The notes under the pieces were generated by a model. That model saw only the letters and a program-made list of their open reading frames with translations, had not been told where the DNA came from and ran no database searches. Positions 23,721 through 32,695 of a stretch of DNA of 64,000 bases are shown piece after piece. The stretch comes from Actinomycetota bacterium (GTDB taxonomy: Bacteria > Actinomycetota > UBA4738 > HRBIN12). The stretch lies in contig DATLZM010000004.1 in NCBI GenBank assembly GCA_035573995.1, forward strand, positions 7,649 through 71,648, in the 5' to 3' direction. Numbering within the stretch: position 1 is the first letter of the stretch; the number at the start of each line of letters is the position of its first letter. The translations under genes and the position numbers were made by a program.

Positions 23721-26424
23721 GTGGGGTCGGTCGCCCTGTCCCGAGGGTACCCGAAGCACCGGGAGGCGGACGTGGTCCTCCGGGACGGCTCGACCGTCCG
23801 GATCCGCCTCGTCCAGCCGGACGACCGAGAGGGCATTGCCGAGTACCTGCGGGGGCTGTCCGAGCAGTCCCTGTATCTCCGGTACTTCGCGAGCGTCGTG
23901 GACGTGGACCGAGCGGCCCGGTCCGCGGTGGACGTGGACTACCACCGGCGCTTCGGGCTCGTCGCCACGGCGGGGCCGGAGAAGCGGGTGGTGGGACACG
24001 CCGTCTACCTGGCGACGGACACGGACCGAGCGGAGGTGGCCCTGGCCGTGGCCGATGCCTACCAGGGCCGGGGCCTGGGAATTATCCTCCTGGGCCACCT
24101 GGCGGAAGTGGCCCAGGAGCACGGCATCGCGGTTTTCGAGGCACGGATCCTCCCCCAGAACCACCGGATGCTGGGGGTGTTCCGCGAGAGCGGGTTCCCC
24201 ATCCACATGCGCTCCGAGCCTGGGGAGATCCTCGTCCAGTGCCCGACGTCCATCTCCGAGGAGGCGCTGGAACGCTTCGAACGGAGAGAACAGACGGCCG
24301 CGGCCGCTGCCCTACGGTGGTTCCTGGCTCCGCGGTCCATCGCGGTGATCGGGGCCTCACGGTCCCGGGGGACCATCGGAGGGGAGATCTTCCACAACCT
24401 CCTGGCCACCGGCTTCAACGGCCCGGTCTATCCGGTCAACGCCAACGCCGACGTGGTCCAGTCCGTCCTCGCGTACCGCTCGGTTCGGGACGTGCCGGGC
24501 CCGGTTGACCTGGCCGTCATCGTGGTCCCCGCAGAGAGCGTGGTCGCCGTGGCCAGGGAGTGCGGGGAGAAAGGGGTCCGGGCTCTCGTCGTGATCTCCG
24601 CTGGGTTCGCCGAGACCGGGAGCCAGGGGCGGCGCCGACAGGAGGAGCTCCTGGCCGTCTGCCGTCAGTTCGGGATGCGGCTCATCGGCCCCAACTGCAT
24701 GGGCATCATGAACACCTCGCCCCAGGTCCGCCTGAACGCCACCTTCGCCCCCACCTTCCCCCCGCACGGCCGGGTGGGCTTCCTCTCCCAGAGCGGGGCC
24801 CTGGGGCTGGCGGTGGTGGACTACGCGGCGGCCCTGGGCCTCGGCCTCTCGTCCTTCGTGTCGGTGGGCAACAAGGCCGACATCTCCGGGAACGACCTCC
24901 TCCACTACTGGGAGGCGGACGAGGAGACCGACATCATCCTGCTCTACCTGGAGTCCTTCGGGAACCCACGCAAGTTCGCCCGCATCAGCCGACGGGTGGC
25001 CCGGCGAAAGCCCATCGTGGCGGTGAAGAGCGGCCGGACCGCGGCGGGGGCGCGGGCCACCACCTCGCACACGGGCGCGCTCATCGCCGCCTCCGACGTG
25101 ACGGTGGAGGCCCTGTTCCGCCAGGCGGGGGTGATCCGGACCGACACGCTCGAGGAGCTGTTCGACGTGGCGGCCCTGCTGGCCACCCAACCGCTTCCCC
25201 AGGGGGACCGCGTGGCCATCCTCACCAACGCCGGCGGCCTGGGCATCATGTGCGCCGACGCCTGCGAAGCGGCCGCCCTCAAGGTCCCGCCCCTTCCGGC
25301 CGCGACCGAGGCGCGGCTTCGATCCTTCCTTCCTCCCGAGGCCGCGGTGAGCAACCCAGTGGACATGGTGGCTTCCGCCACTGCGGAGGACTACGCACGC
25401 GCCATCGAGGCCCTGTCCTGGGACGAGACCGTGGACGCCCTGATCGTGTTGTTCGTCCCCCCGCTGGTCACCCGGCCGGAGGAGGTGGCCCGGGCCATCC
25501 GCACGGCGGTGGCGGCCATGGTCCGACCCCTCCCGGTTCTTACGGTCTTCCTCTCCGCTCGGGGGGTGACGGGGGAACTCCAGGAGGGGGACGTGCGCAT
25601 TTCCCTCCTACGCGTTCCCCGAAGCGGCTGCCCGGGCCCTGGCCCGGGTGGTGGAGTACACGCGGTGGAGGAATCGACCGGAGGGTCCGGTCGTAGCGTT
25701 CCCCGACGCGCGGCGGGAGGAGGCCGCGGCGACGATCGCGGCGGCCCTGGAAGGGGGGCCGCGGTGGCTGGACTTCGAGGAGGTGGCCCGGCTCCTGTCC
25801 TGCTATGGGATCGCCCTCGCCGCGTGGCGGCTGGCGGGGACGGCGGACGAGGCGGGGGCGGTCGCCCGGGCCCTGGAGGGTCCGGTGGCCCTCAAGGCCC
25901 TCGTCCCGGGGCTCCTGCACAAGACGGAGGCGGGAGCCGTGCAGCTGGGGCTCGCAGGCGAGGACCGGGTCCGGACGGCCGCTCGGGCCATGGCCGAGCG
26001 TCTGGCCGAGCAGGGGTACTCGGTCCAGCGGTTCCTGGTCCAAGTGCACGACCGGCAGTTCGGACCGGTGGTGGCCTGTGGAGCCGGGGGCACGGTGGTG
26101 GAGCTGCTCAGGGACGTCCAGGTCCGGATCACCCCCCTCACCGAAATGGACGCCAGGGAGATGGTCCGGGCCCTGGCCACCTGCCCGCTTCTCGAGGGAT
26201 GCCGGGGGGCGCCGCGAGCCGACGTAGCGGCCCTGGAAGAGCTCCTGCTCAGGGTGAGTGCCATGGTGGAAGCCCACCCCGAAGTGGCGGAGATGGATCT
26301 CAACCCGGTGATGGTCCTCCCCTCGGGCTGCACGGTCGTGGACGTCAGGGTGCGGGTCGAAGTCCCCGAGCCCCTGCTCCCTCTGGGAGCGCGGCGTCGC
26401 GACGAGCTGGCTCAGTACCGCTGA
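23721..26424 (+). pseudogene. GNAT acetyltransferase fused to ADP-forming acyl-CoA synthetase (Pat-like), interrupted by a +1 frameshift near 25600
   Basis: Frame of 23721: GNAT (VRIRLVQPDD...AYQGRGLGIILL) + CoA-binding/ligase (IAVIGASRSRGTIGG...GPNCMGIMN...SQSGALG...VSVGNKADISGND) up to ...QEGDVRI. Homology then continues in the frame of ORF 25648..26424 (FPSYAFPEAAARALARVVEYTRWRNRP...ATP-grasp...EMDLNPVMV). One extra T in run 25600-25602 separates the frames. Confidence 0.8.
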
Positions 26425-27128
26425 GACGGGTCGGGCATCAGCCCCCAGGTCGGAGGAAGGGTCGGTCGCTGGGACACGTCGTCCACGACGTACTCGAGAC
26501 GGTTGTCGACCCCGACGACCCCGTCCACCCCCTGGACCAGGGCCACCACCATGGGGATCATGCTTCGCTGCTCGATCGTGCCCTCAAGGTGGACGATGCC
26601 GTCTCTGACCTCCGCCCGGATCGTGCCCGGCTCAAGCCACAGCGTGTGGTAGAGGATCCGCTCGGCGACCTCCTTCTGGATCTCCTCGTCCGAACGCAGG
26701 AACACCTTCAGGAGGTCCGCCCGACTCACGATCCCGACCACCCGGCCCTCCGCGTCCACGACCGGCAGCCGCTTGACCCGACGAGCGTGCATGAGGCGGG
26801 CCGCCTCCTGCACCGTGGCCTCGGGGCTCACCGTCACCGCCGGCTGCGTCATGAGCTGGCGAGCCACGAGGCCCGTGGCCTTCCGTCGCTCGCGGCGCTT
26901 CCGCCCAAACGCGATCAGGCCTCCCTTCCCCTCTCCTGGTGGCTCGTACTCCTCCTTGAGGAGCAGGTCGGCCTCGGAGACCACCCCCACGACCCGCCCC
27001 TCCGGGTCCACCACCGGCAACGCGCTGATGCGGTGCTCGTGGAGGAGCCGCACGATCTGCTTGAACGGGGCCGAATCCGACACCGTGACCACTGCGGTCG
27101 TCATGACGTCACGTACCCTGGCGTCCAT
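26412..27128 (-). CDS. CBS-CBS-BON domain protein, paralog 1
   Basis: 238 aa from ATG 27128 (CCAGAAGGAGGCGAGC upstream): VRDVMTTAVVTV...ISALPVVDPEGRVVGVVSEADLL; ARQLMTQPAVTV...VKRLPVVDAEGRVVGIVSRADLL; BON: EVRDGIVHLEGTIEQRSMIPMVVALVQGVDGVVGVDNRL. Confidence 0.85.
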   Translation of the reverse strand: MDARVRDVMTTAVVTVSDSAPFKQIVRLLHEHRISALPVVDPEGRVVGVVSEADLLLKEEYEPPGEGKGGLIAFGRKRRERRKATGLVARQLMTQPAVTVSPEATVQEAARLMHARRVKRLPVVDAEGRVVGIVSRADLLKVFLRSDEEIQKEVAERILYHTLWLEPGTIRAEVRDGIVHLEGTIEQRSMIPMVVALVQGVDGVVGVDNRLEYVVDDVSQRPTLPPTWGLMPDPSQRY

Positions 27129-27301
27129 GCTCGCCTCCTTCTGGCCGGGCGCTCCTGCCCGGCCCGTCCGCCTCCATGGTGGGGGGCAACGGTGGCTCGT
27201 CTTAGGGCCGAACGGCCCGCGAGCGGCGGGCCTCGGTCCTCCGGGGGTCGGGCCGTAGCCGGCCCGCGCGGCCGGAGTTTCCCTCGGGTGGTCGCGGCCT
27301 C

Positions 27302-27940
27302 CTAGACCTGGGGCTCGACCGGGGAGGAGTCCGAGGGGGCCAGACGGGGGGCCCACAGAGGATAGGGGATCCCGGCCAGACGGTTGATGGCGAACCCCTG
27401 CACCACCAGCAGCAGCACGCCGAGGAGGAGGACGCCCAGCTGGTTGAGCTGGGTCAGGAGTCCCAGGCTCACGATGAGGGTGGTGGCTCCGGCCGGCGGG
27501 TGGGGGACCCGGAGCCAGGCCATCAGCCCGGCGGTGAGGCCGAGGGAGAGCGCTGCGGCCCCCACCCGAGAGGCCGAGATGCCTACGGCCAGGGCCGGAC
27601 CCGCGTCGCGCAGCCCGAATGCCCAGAGGGACAGGTAGCCGGCGGCAGCCCCGATGAGGTGGCCGGCCAGGGTGTTCCGGGGGGAGGCCGTGGGGGCGAG
27701 GGGTGTGTAGAAGAGGAGGAAGGCGGTGGGGCCCAGGGAGGGGAAGACGAAGGGTTGGCGGGTGACCAGAGCCGCGAGGGCCATGACCCCGATGGACAAG
27801 AACCCGTTGACCAGCGCGAAGAGGCCGAGGACCGCCGTCGAGTTGTAGCGGCTCATGAGCGGGGCCAGCCGGAACCGACGGGCCAGCCCGAGGACCACGT
27901 CCGACATCCGGCCCCACGGCTGGTACCGCTCCTGGTTCAT
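27302..27940 (-). CDS. HPP-family membrane protein (family with reported nitrite transport members)
   Basis: 212 aa from ATG 27940. Multiple TMs and the signature LRVPHPPAGATTLIV. 4-nt overlap with the upstream small membrane gene. Confidence 0.85.
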   Translation of the reverse strand: MNQERYQPWGRMSDVVLGLARRFRLAPLMSRYNSTAVLGLFALVNGFLSIGVMALAALVTRQPFVFPSLGPTAFLLFYTPLAPTASPRNTLAGHLIGAAAGYLSLWAFGLRDAGPALAVGISASRVGAAALSLGLTAGLMAWLRVPHPPAGATTLIVSLGLLTQLNQLGVLLLGVLLLVVQGFAINRLAGIPYPLWAPRLAPSDSSPVEPQV

Positions 27941-28248
27941 CGCTGTCCGCGCGGGGCGGTCAGCCAGACGGTCAGGGCCACCAGGAAGGAGAGGGCCTGG
28001 AAGCCGAGGAGCCACCACACGGGCCGCACCTCGCCCCGGAGCCAGGAATCCAGCGCCACGGTGAGGCCCCACAGCTGCCCGAGGACGACGGTGGCCACGA
28101 CGGCGATCCGCGCGTGGAGCATGGCGGCCCGCCACGGGTCCCGGTCCCAGCCGGCTCCGGGCCCCGGCCCGGTGGACGACGGCCTCGGATGGCGTGCGTC
28201 CCGAGGACCGCCGTCTCCGGAGCGGCCGTCCCGACGGTCAGCCTCCAT
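27937..28248 (-). CDS. small membrane protein (charged N-terminus + 2 TM)
   Basis: ATG 28248 with GGCGGAGGGACGCG upstream (alternative ATG 28122 lacks an SD). ...MLHARIAVVATVVLGQLWGLTVALDSWLRGEVRPVWWLLGFQALSFLVALTVWL. Confidence 0.4.
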   Translation of the reverse strand: MEADRRDGRSGDGGPRDARHPRPSSTGPGPGAGWDRDPWRAAMLHARIAVVATVVLGQLWGLTVALDSWLRGEVRPVWWLLGFQALSFLVALTVWLTAPRGQR

Positions 28249-28753
28249 CGCGTCCCTCCGCCGTTCCCACCGCGTAGATCCCGTCGGGTCGCTCTTCCAG
28301 GACCACCCGGGGCAGCGGCCGGGGCGGAGGCCCCGCCAGGACGGCCCCGGTGGCGGGGTCGAAGGCCCCGTTGTGGCAGGGGCAGTGCAGCTCGGAGCGC
28401 TCCGGGCGCCAGACCACCGCGCACGCCAGGTGGGTGCAGACGGCCGAGTAGGCGACCAGGCGCCCGTCCCAGAGGCGCAGGGCGATGGCCTGGTCGTCGG
28501 GCCCCGGGTAGTTGAAGTAGCGGGGCTCACCCCGTTCCAGGCGGGAGGCGATCTTGAGCGGTGGCGCGGACCCCGCTCCGTGCCGGCGGAAGGCACCGGC
28601 CGCCACCGCGACGGTGCCCGCGAGGAGGCCACCGGACACGGTGACCAGGATGCGGAGGTAGTCCCGCCGGGTGATGGGAGCGTCCTCCCGGATCCGGTCC
28701 AGCAGACTGCGGATGGACGGGTCCCGGTCCCCGGAAAGTCCGCTCCCTCCCAC
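28238..28753 (-). CDS. Rieske [2Fe-2S] protein with twin-arginine signal/anchor
   Basis: ITRRDYLRILVTVSGGLLAGTVAVAAGAF (Tat motif + hydrophobic segment). Cluster ligands CTHLAC...CPCHNGAF. Confidence 0.85.
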   Translation of the reverse strand: MGGSGLSGDRDPSIRSLLDRIREDAPITRRDYLRILVTVSGGLLAGTVAVAAGAFRRHGAGSAPPLKIASRLERGEPRYFNYPGPDDQAIALRLWDGRLVAYSAVCTHLACAVVWRPERSELHCPCHNGAFDPATGAVLAGPPPRPLPRVVLEERPDGIYAVGTAEGRDGG

Positions 28754-28754
28754 T

Positions 28755-29321
28755 TCACATCCCTCCCGGCGCCGCTTCCTCCCGGTAGTGGGGGGAGAGG
28801 ACCACTGCCACCCCGGTCCGAACGGAGGTCGCGCCGAACGCCACCACGTCGGTCACCCTGACTCCCGGTCGCTCGCGCTCGAGCTCGGCCAGGGTGCCGT
28901 ACCAGATGGATCCGGTCGGGCAGACCGTGGCGCACATGGGGGCCAGCCCCTCGGAGGTGCGGTCGTAGCAGAGGTTGCACTTGTACTGGAGGAGCTCCTC
29001 GGGAGCCAACTTGGGGACTCCGAACGGACAGGCGTGAACGCAGTTCGCGCACCCGATGCACCGTTCCTTCATGGCTTCCTGGACCACGCCGTCAGCGGTG
29101 ATGAGGATGGCGTCGGCCGGGCAGACCTGGGCGCAGGGAGCCACCGGGTCCTCGCAGTGCATACAGACGGTGGGCATGGCCGCCACGGACCGGCCCACCT
29201 CGAGGTAGTCGAGGTGGATGAGCGACTTGCCCCGGTGGGAATCGCACTCCCGGCAGCCCACGACGCAGGCCTGACACCCGATGCACCGCGCGGGGTCGAT
29301 GAACAGGGTTCGACCCATCAT
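28755..29321 (-). CDS. 4Fe-4S ferredoxin-type electron-transfer subunit (DmsB/FdnH/NrfC-like, four cluster motifs)
   Basis: 188 aa from ATG 29321: CIGCQACVVGCRECD; CMHCEDPVAPCAQVCP; CIGCANCVHACPFG; CNLCYDR...CATVCP. ATGA overlap with the catalytic subunit stop. Confidence 0.9.
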   Translation of the reverse strand: MMGRTLFIDPARCIGCQACVVGCRECDSHRGKSLIHLDYLEVGRSVAAMPTVCMHCEDPVAPCAQVCPADAILITADGVVQEAMKERCIGCANCVHACPFGVPKLAPEELLQYKCNLCYDRTSEGLAPMCATVCPTGSIWYGTLAELERERPGVRVTDVVAFGATSVRTGVAVVLSPHYREEAAPGGM

Positions 29322-31609
29322 CGGTCCGCCGTTCCCCTCCCCTGGGGCACCCTGGGCAGTGGCCCTTCCTCGGCTGTCTTCACCTCGTCCCGGTACGGTT
29401 GCTGCCCCGGTGGAGGGGGCGGGGTCGGGACCGGTTCGAGGTCGGAGGCCCGCTCCAGCCGGCACGCGCAGACCTTGTACTCGGGGATCTTCGACACGGG
29501 GTCCAGGGCCACGATGGTGAGGGTGTTGGCTGCGGCTGCGCCCGGCCAGTGGTAGGGGATGAAGACGGTGTCCGGTCGGATGGTCTCGGTCACGAGGGCA
29601 GGGAAGGTGGCCGTCCCCCGTCGGGTCACGACCCGGACCGGTTCGCCGTCCGTGAAGCCGAGGGAAGGGTGGACCTCGACCCACGGTCGGGGGGCCTGGT
29701 CGACTAGGGCCGGGATGCGCCGGGTCTGGTTCCCGGAGAGGTAGTGGGCCACGGTCCGGCCGGTCGTGAGCCGGAGCGGGTAGGCCTCGTCGGGCTCCTC
29801 GGCCGGTCCGCGCCACTCTACCGGGTGGAACCGGAACTTCCCGTCGGGGTGGTAGGAGCGGAGGTCCTCGAACAGCCGGGGCGTTCCCGGGTGGTCGGGG
29901 GAGGGACACGGCCAGAAGATCCCGTCGGTCTCCTCGAGCCGCTCGTAGGTGATGCCGGAGTAGTCCACGACCCCGCCCCGGGACACGGTCCGGAGCTCGT
30001 CGAAGACGTCCCGGGGACACGAGAATCCGAACCGATCGCCCTGGCCCAGCCGTCGGGCGAGCTCGCACATGATCCACCAGTCCGGCCGGGCCTCGCCCGG
30101 GGGGTCGGCGGCCCGGTTCACCTTGACCACCCGCCCCTCGGCGTTCGTGTGGGTTCCCTCGTCCTCCGCCCACGTGGCTGCGGGCAGGACAACGTCCGCC
30201 CGGGCGGCCGTCTCCGAGAGAAAGAAGTCGACCTGGGCGTGGAACTCCAGGTTCTCGTAGGCCCTGGTGACCCACTGCCGGTCGGGGAGGGAGACCAGCG
30301 GGTTGTTGCAGAAGCCCACCACCCCCCGGATCTCCCCCCGCTCCATCTGTCCGATCATCTCCACGAACGATGTCCCCTTGCCGGGGAGGTCCCGCTCGTC
30401 CACCCCCCACGCGGCCGCCACGGCCCGACGGTGCTCGGGGTCCTCGATGTCGCGGCCTCCCGGGAGCTGGTCCGACTTCTGCCCGTGCTCCCGCCCGCCC
30501 TGGCCGTTGCCCTGACCCGTGATCGTGCCGTACCCGGCGCCGGGGCGGCCGAGCTGCCCGGTGGCCAGGACCAGGTTGATCACGGCCAGGCAGTTCTCCG
30601 TGCCCTGGGTTCGGTGCTCGATCCCACGGGCGTGGAGGGCCATGGCCCGATCGGCCCGGCCCCAGAGCCTCCCCACCTCCTCCACCTGGGCCACCGGGAC
30701 CCCGCAGATCTCGGCTACGTGCTCCGGCGGGTAGGCGGCCACGACCTCCCGGACCGCCTCCCAACCCGTTGTGTGCTCGCGGATGAAGTCCTCGCGCAGG
30801 AGACCCTCCCGGACCACCACGTGGAGGATCCCGTTGAGGAAGGCGGCGTCCGTGCCTGGCCGGAGGGCCACGTGGATGTCGGCCGTGCGGGCGACTGGGG
30901 TCTCCCGGGGATCCACCACGACCAGGCGGGCCCCACGGTCCCGGGCCGCCCACAGGTAGCGAGTCAGGACGGGGAACGTCTCCCCAACGTTCGCCCCGCA
31001 CACCAGGACGACCTGGGTGTGGATCAGGTCCTCCCACGGGTTGGCGGCCCGGTCGATCCCGAAGGCCAGCTTGTTGGCGGCCGCCGCCGAGACCATGCAC
31101 AGTCGGCCGTTGTAGTCGACGTGGCGCGTCCGCAGGGCCACCCGGGCCAGCTTGCCCAGGAGGTAGGCGTTCTCGGTGGTCATGCTGGCCCCTCCGAGCA
31201 GGGCGAACGCGTCGCGGCCGTACGTCTCCTGGATCCTCCGGACCTCGGAGGCCACGCGGTCCAGGGCTTCCTCCCAGGAGGCCCGCCGGAAGGGTCCGCC
31301 CTTCCGGTCCCGGACCAGGGGGTGGAGGAGCCGGTCGGGGTGGTTGACCTGCTGGTAGGCCACCACCCCCTTGGGACAGAGCTTCATGCGGTTGATGGGG
31401 TGGTCCCGGGGCTCGACCCCGAACACCCGGCCCTCCCCGTCCACTCGCAAGTACATCCCGCACTGCACGCCGCAGAAGGGGCAGTGGGTCGGGACCAGCC
31501 GCTCGCGCCCCCGCTCGGGGGCCTCCCAGCGGCCAGCAGGCTCCGCCCCCTCCCCTCGGAACTCGCCCACGCCGGGCGGGACCACGGGGAACGGCAGCTT
31601 CCGCCTCAC
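29318..31609 (-). CDS. molybdopterin (bis-MGD) oxidoreductase catalytic subunit, NarB/NasA-like, no signal peptide
   Basis: 763 aa from GTG 31609 (GTGA overlap with the upstream gene). HCPFCGVQCGMYL...KLCPKG 4Fe-4S motif; ...VVDPRETP..., GQGNGQGGREHGQK, C-terminal IPYHWPG...ANTLT...DPVSKIPEYKVCACRLE. The upstream 360 residues of ORF 29318..32689 are non-coding-like. Confidence 0.9.
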   Translation of the reverse strand: MRRKLPFPVVPPGVGEFRGEGAEPAGRWEAPERGRERLVPTHCPFCGVQCGMYLRVDGEGRVFGVEPRDHPINRMKLCPKGVVAYQQVNHPDRLLHPLVRDRKGGPFRRASWEEALDRVASEVRRIQETYGRDAFALLGGASMTTENAYLLGKLARVALRTRHVDYNGRLCMVSAAAANKLAFGIDRAANPWEDLIHTQVVLVCGANVGETFPVLTRYLWAARDRGARLVVVDPRETPVARTADIHVALRPGTDAAFLNGILHVVVREGLLREDFIREHTTGWEAVREVVAAYPPEHVAEICGVPVAQVEEVGRLWGRADRAMALHARGIEHRTQGTENCLAVINLVLATGQLGRPGAGYGTITGQGNGQGGREHGQKSDQLPGGRDIEDPEHRRAVAAAWGVDERDLPGKGTSFVEMIGQMERGEIRGVVGFCNNPLVSLPDRQWVTRAYENLEFHAQVDFFLSETAARADVVLPAATWAEDEGTHTNAEGRVVKVNRAADPPGEARPDWWIMCELARRLGQGDRFGFSCPRDVFDELRTVSRGGVVDYSGITYERLEETDGIFWPCPSPDHPGTPRLFEDLRSYHPDGKFRFHPVEWRGPAEEPDEAYPLRLTTGRTVAHYLSGNQTRRIPALVDQAPRPWVEVHPSLGFTDGEPVRVVTRRGTATFPALVTETIRPDTVFIPYHWPGAAAANTLTIVALDPVSKIPEYKVCACRLERASDLEPVPTPPPPPGQQPYRDEVKTAEEGPLPRVPQGRGTADR

Positions 31610-32634
31610 CCCGAGAACCCCCGCTTCACGTGTTCGAGGTACGCCCGCCCCCGCCGGACCCGCTTGCACCGGGGGCAGGTCCTGGCCCACTCGGAGAACC
31701 CCAGGCCCACTTCCTGCATGGTCCGCTCGAGGTTCGTCAAGAACGCCTCGGCCTCGAGGGGTTCGCCGCACTCCCGGCATGCCACGAGGCCCGTCCGCTC
31801 GGCACTGGTGCGTTTGAAGACCTCCACTCCGACTTGCGCCGGCCGCTGGATCACGTGGAAGAACTTCCCGAAGGGGATGAACACCAGGGTGAGGACGACC
31901 GAGGCCATGTGGACGAGGGCCAGGAAGTCGTAGCCGCGACCGCCCAGGACGAGGCTGGAGAAGGTGAGCAGGAGCCCGGTCACCGAGATCACCACCAGGG
32001 CGAGCAAGGGCAGGAAGTCGTACCCCAGGCGCTGACCGGTGGTGGCCTCGCGGTCCCGGCTCCGCCGCCAGAGGAAGTACCCGCACCCCGCCAGGACGAG
32101 CACGGCCGAGATGTCCAGGCCATGGAAGATGACCCACCCGAGGAACGACAGGGGGTCGAAGGTCAGGGTCCGGAAGCCCCACAGGTGCAAGACATACCGG
32201 GGCCTCGGACCGGGGACGGCCTGGAAGTAGATCCACCCGAAGACGAGGGGGAACGTGATCAGGGTGGCCAGGACCACGCCCCAGAAGACGAGCTGGTGGG
32301 CGGCCCAGCGCCCCTTCCCTCGAGCCGCGATAAACCGCTGGAGGGTGAGGGATTCCACGAGCGCCCGCGGGACCAGGGTGGGGAACCGGGCGAAGTTGCG
32401 CCAGGACAGGAAGGACCGCCAGCCGCGGACCAGGAGGCGGCGAGCTGGGGGGCTCTGCACCCACATCACGTAGCGGTAGACGACCCCGAAGGTGAGGAAG
32501 ACGATGGCCACCGCGTAGCCGACAAGGGCGGAGTCGAAGGTCCGCAGACGGCCGCTTCCCACGTAGATCGCAGCGACGAGCCCCACGGCTGCCACGGCAC
32601 CGACTGCTGTGGCCGCTACTTGCTGCCGCCTCAT
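31606..32634 (-). CDS. polytopic membrane subunit, NarI/DsrM-like (putative di-heme cytochrome b) with C-terminal CxxC...CxxC tail
   Basis: 342-aa ORF, about 6-7 TMs, His in TM helices (AAHQLVFWG, IFHGLD, LVHMASV), terminal motif IPFGKFFHVIQRP, then ACRECGEPLE...CPRCKR. ATG 32634. Confidence 0.6.
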   Translation of the reverse strand: MRRQQVAATAVGAVAAVGLVAAIYVGSGRLRTFDSALVGYAVAIVFLTFGVVYRYVMWVQSPPARRLLVRGWRSFLSWRNFARFPTLVPRALVESLTLQRFIAARGKGRWAAHQLVFWGVVLATLITFPLVFGWIYFQAVPGPRPRYVLHLWGFRTLTFDPLSFLGWVIFHGLDISAVLVLAGCGYFLWRRSRDREATTGQRLGYDFLPLLALVVISVTGLLLTFSSLVLGGRGYDFLALVHMASVVLTLVFIPFGKFFHVIQRPAQVGVEVFKRTSAERTGLVACRECGEPLEAEAFLTNLERTMQEVGLGFSEWARTCPRCKRVRRGRAYLEHVKRGFSG

Positions 32635-32695
32635 GGGTTGTCTCCCACTCCTCTGTCGGGCACGGTGCGAACCGTGGCCTTTCTACCACGACGGG

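Noticed and set aside
29318-31609. Selenocysteine or recoding in the molybdoenzyme
   Set aside because: The frame is open throughout with no in-frame TGA, and the active-site region reads normally.
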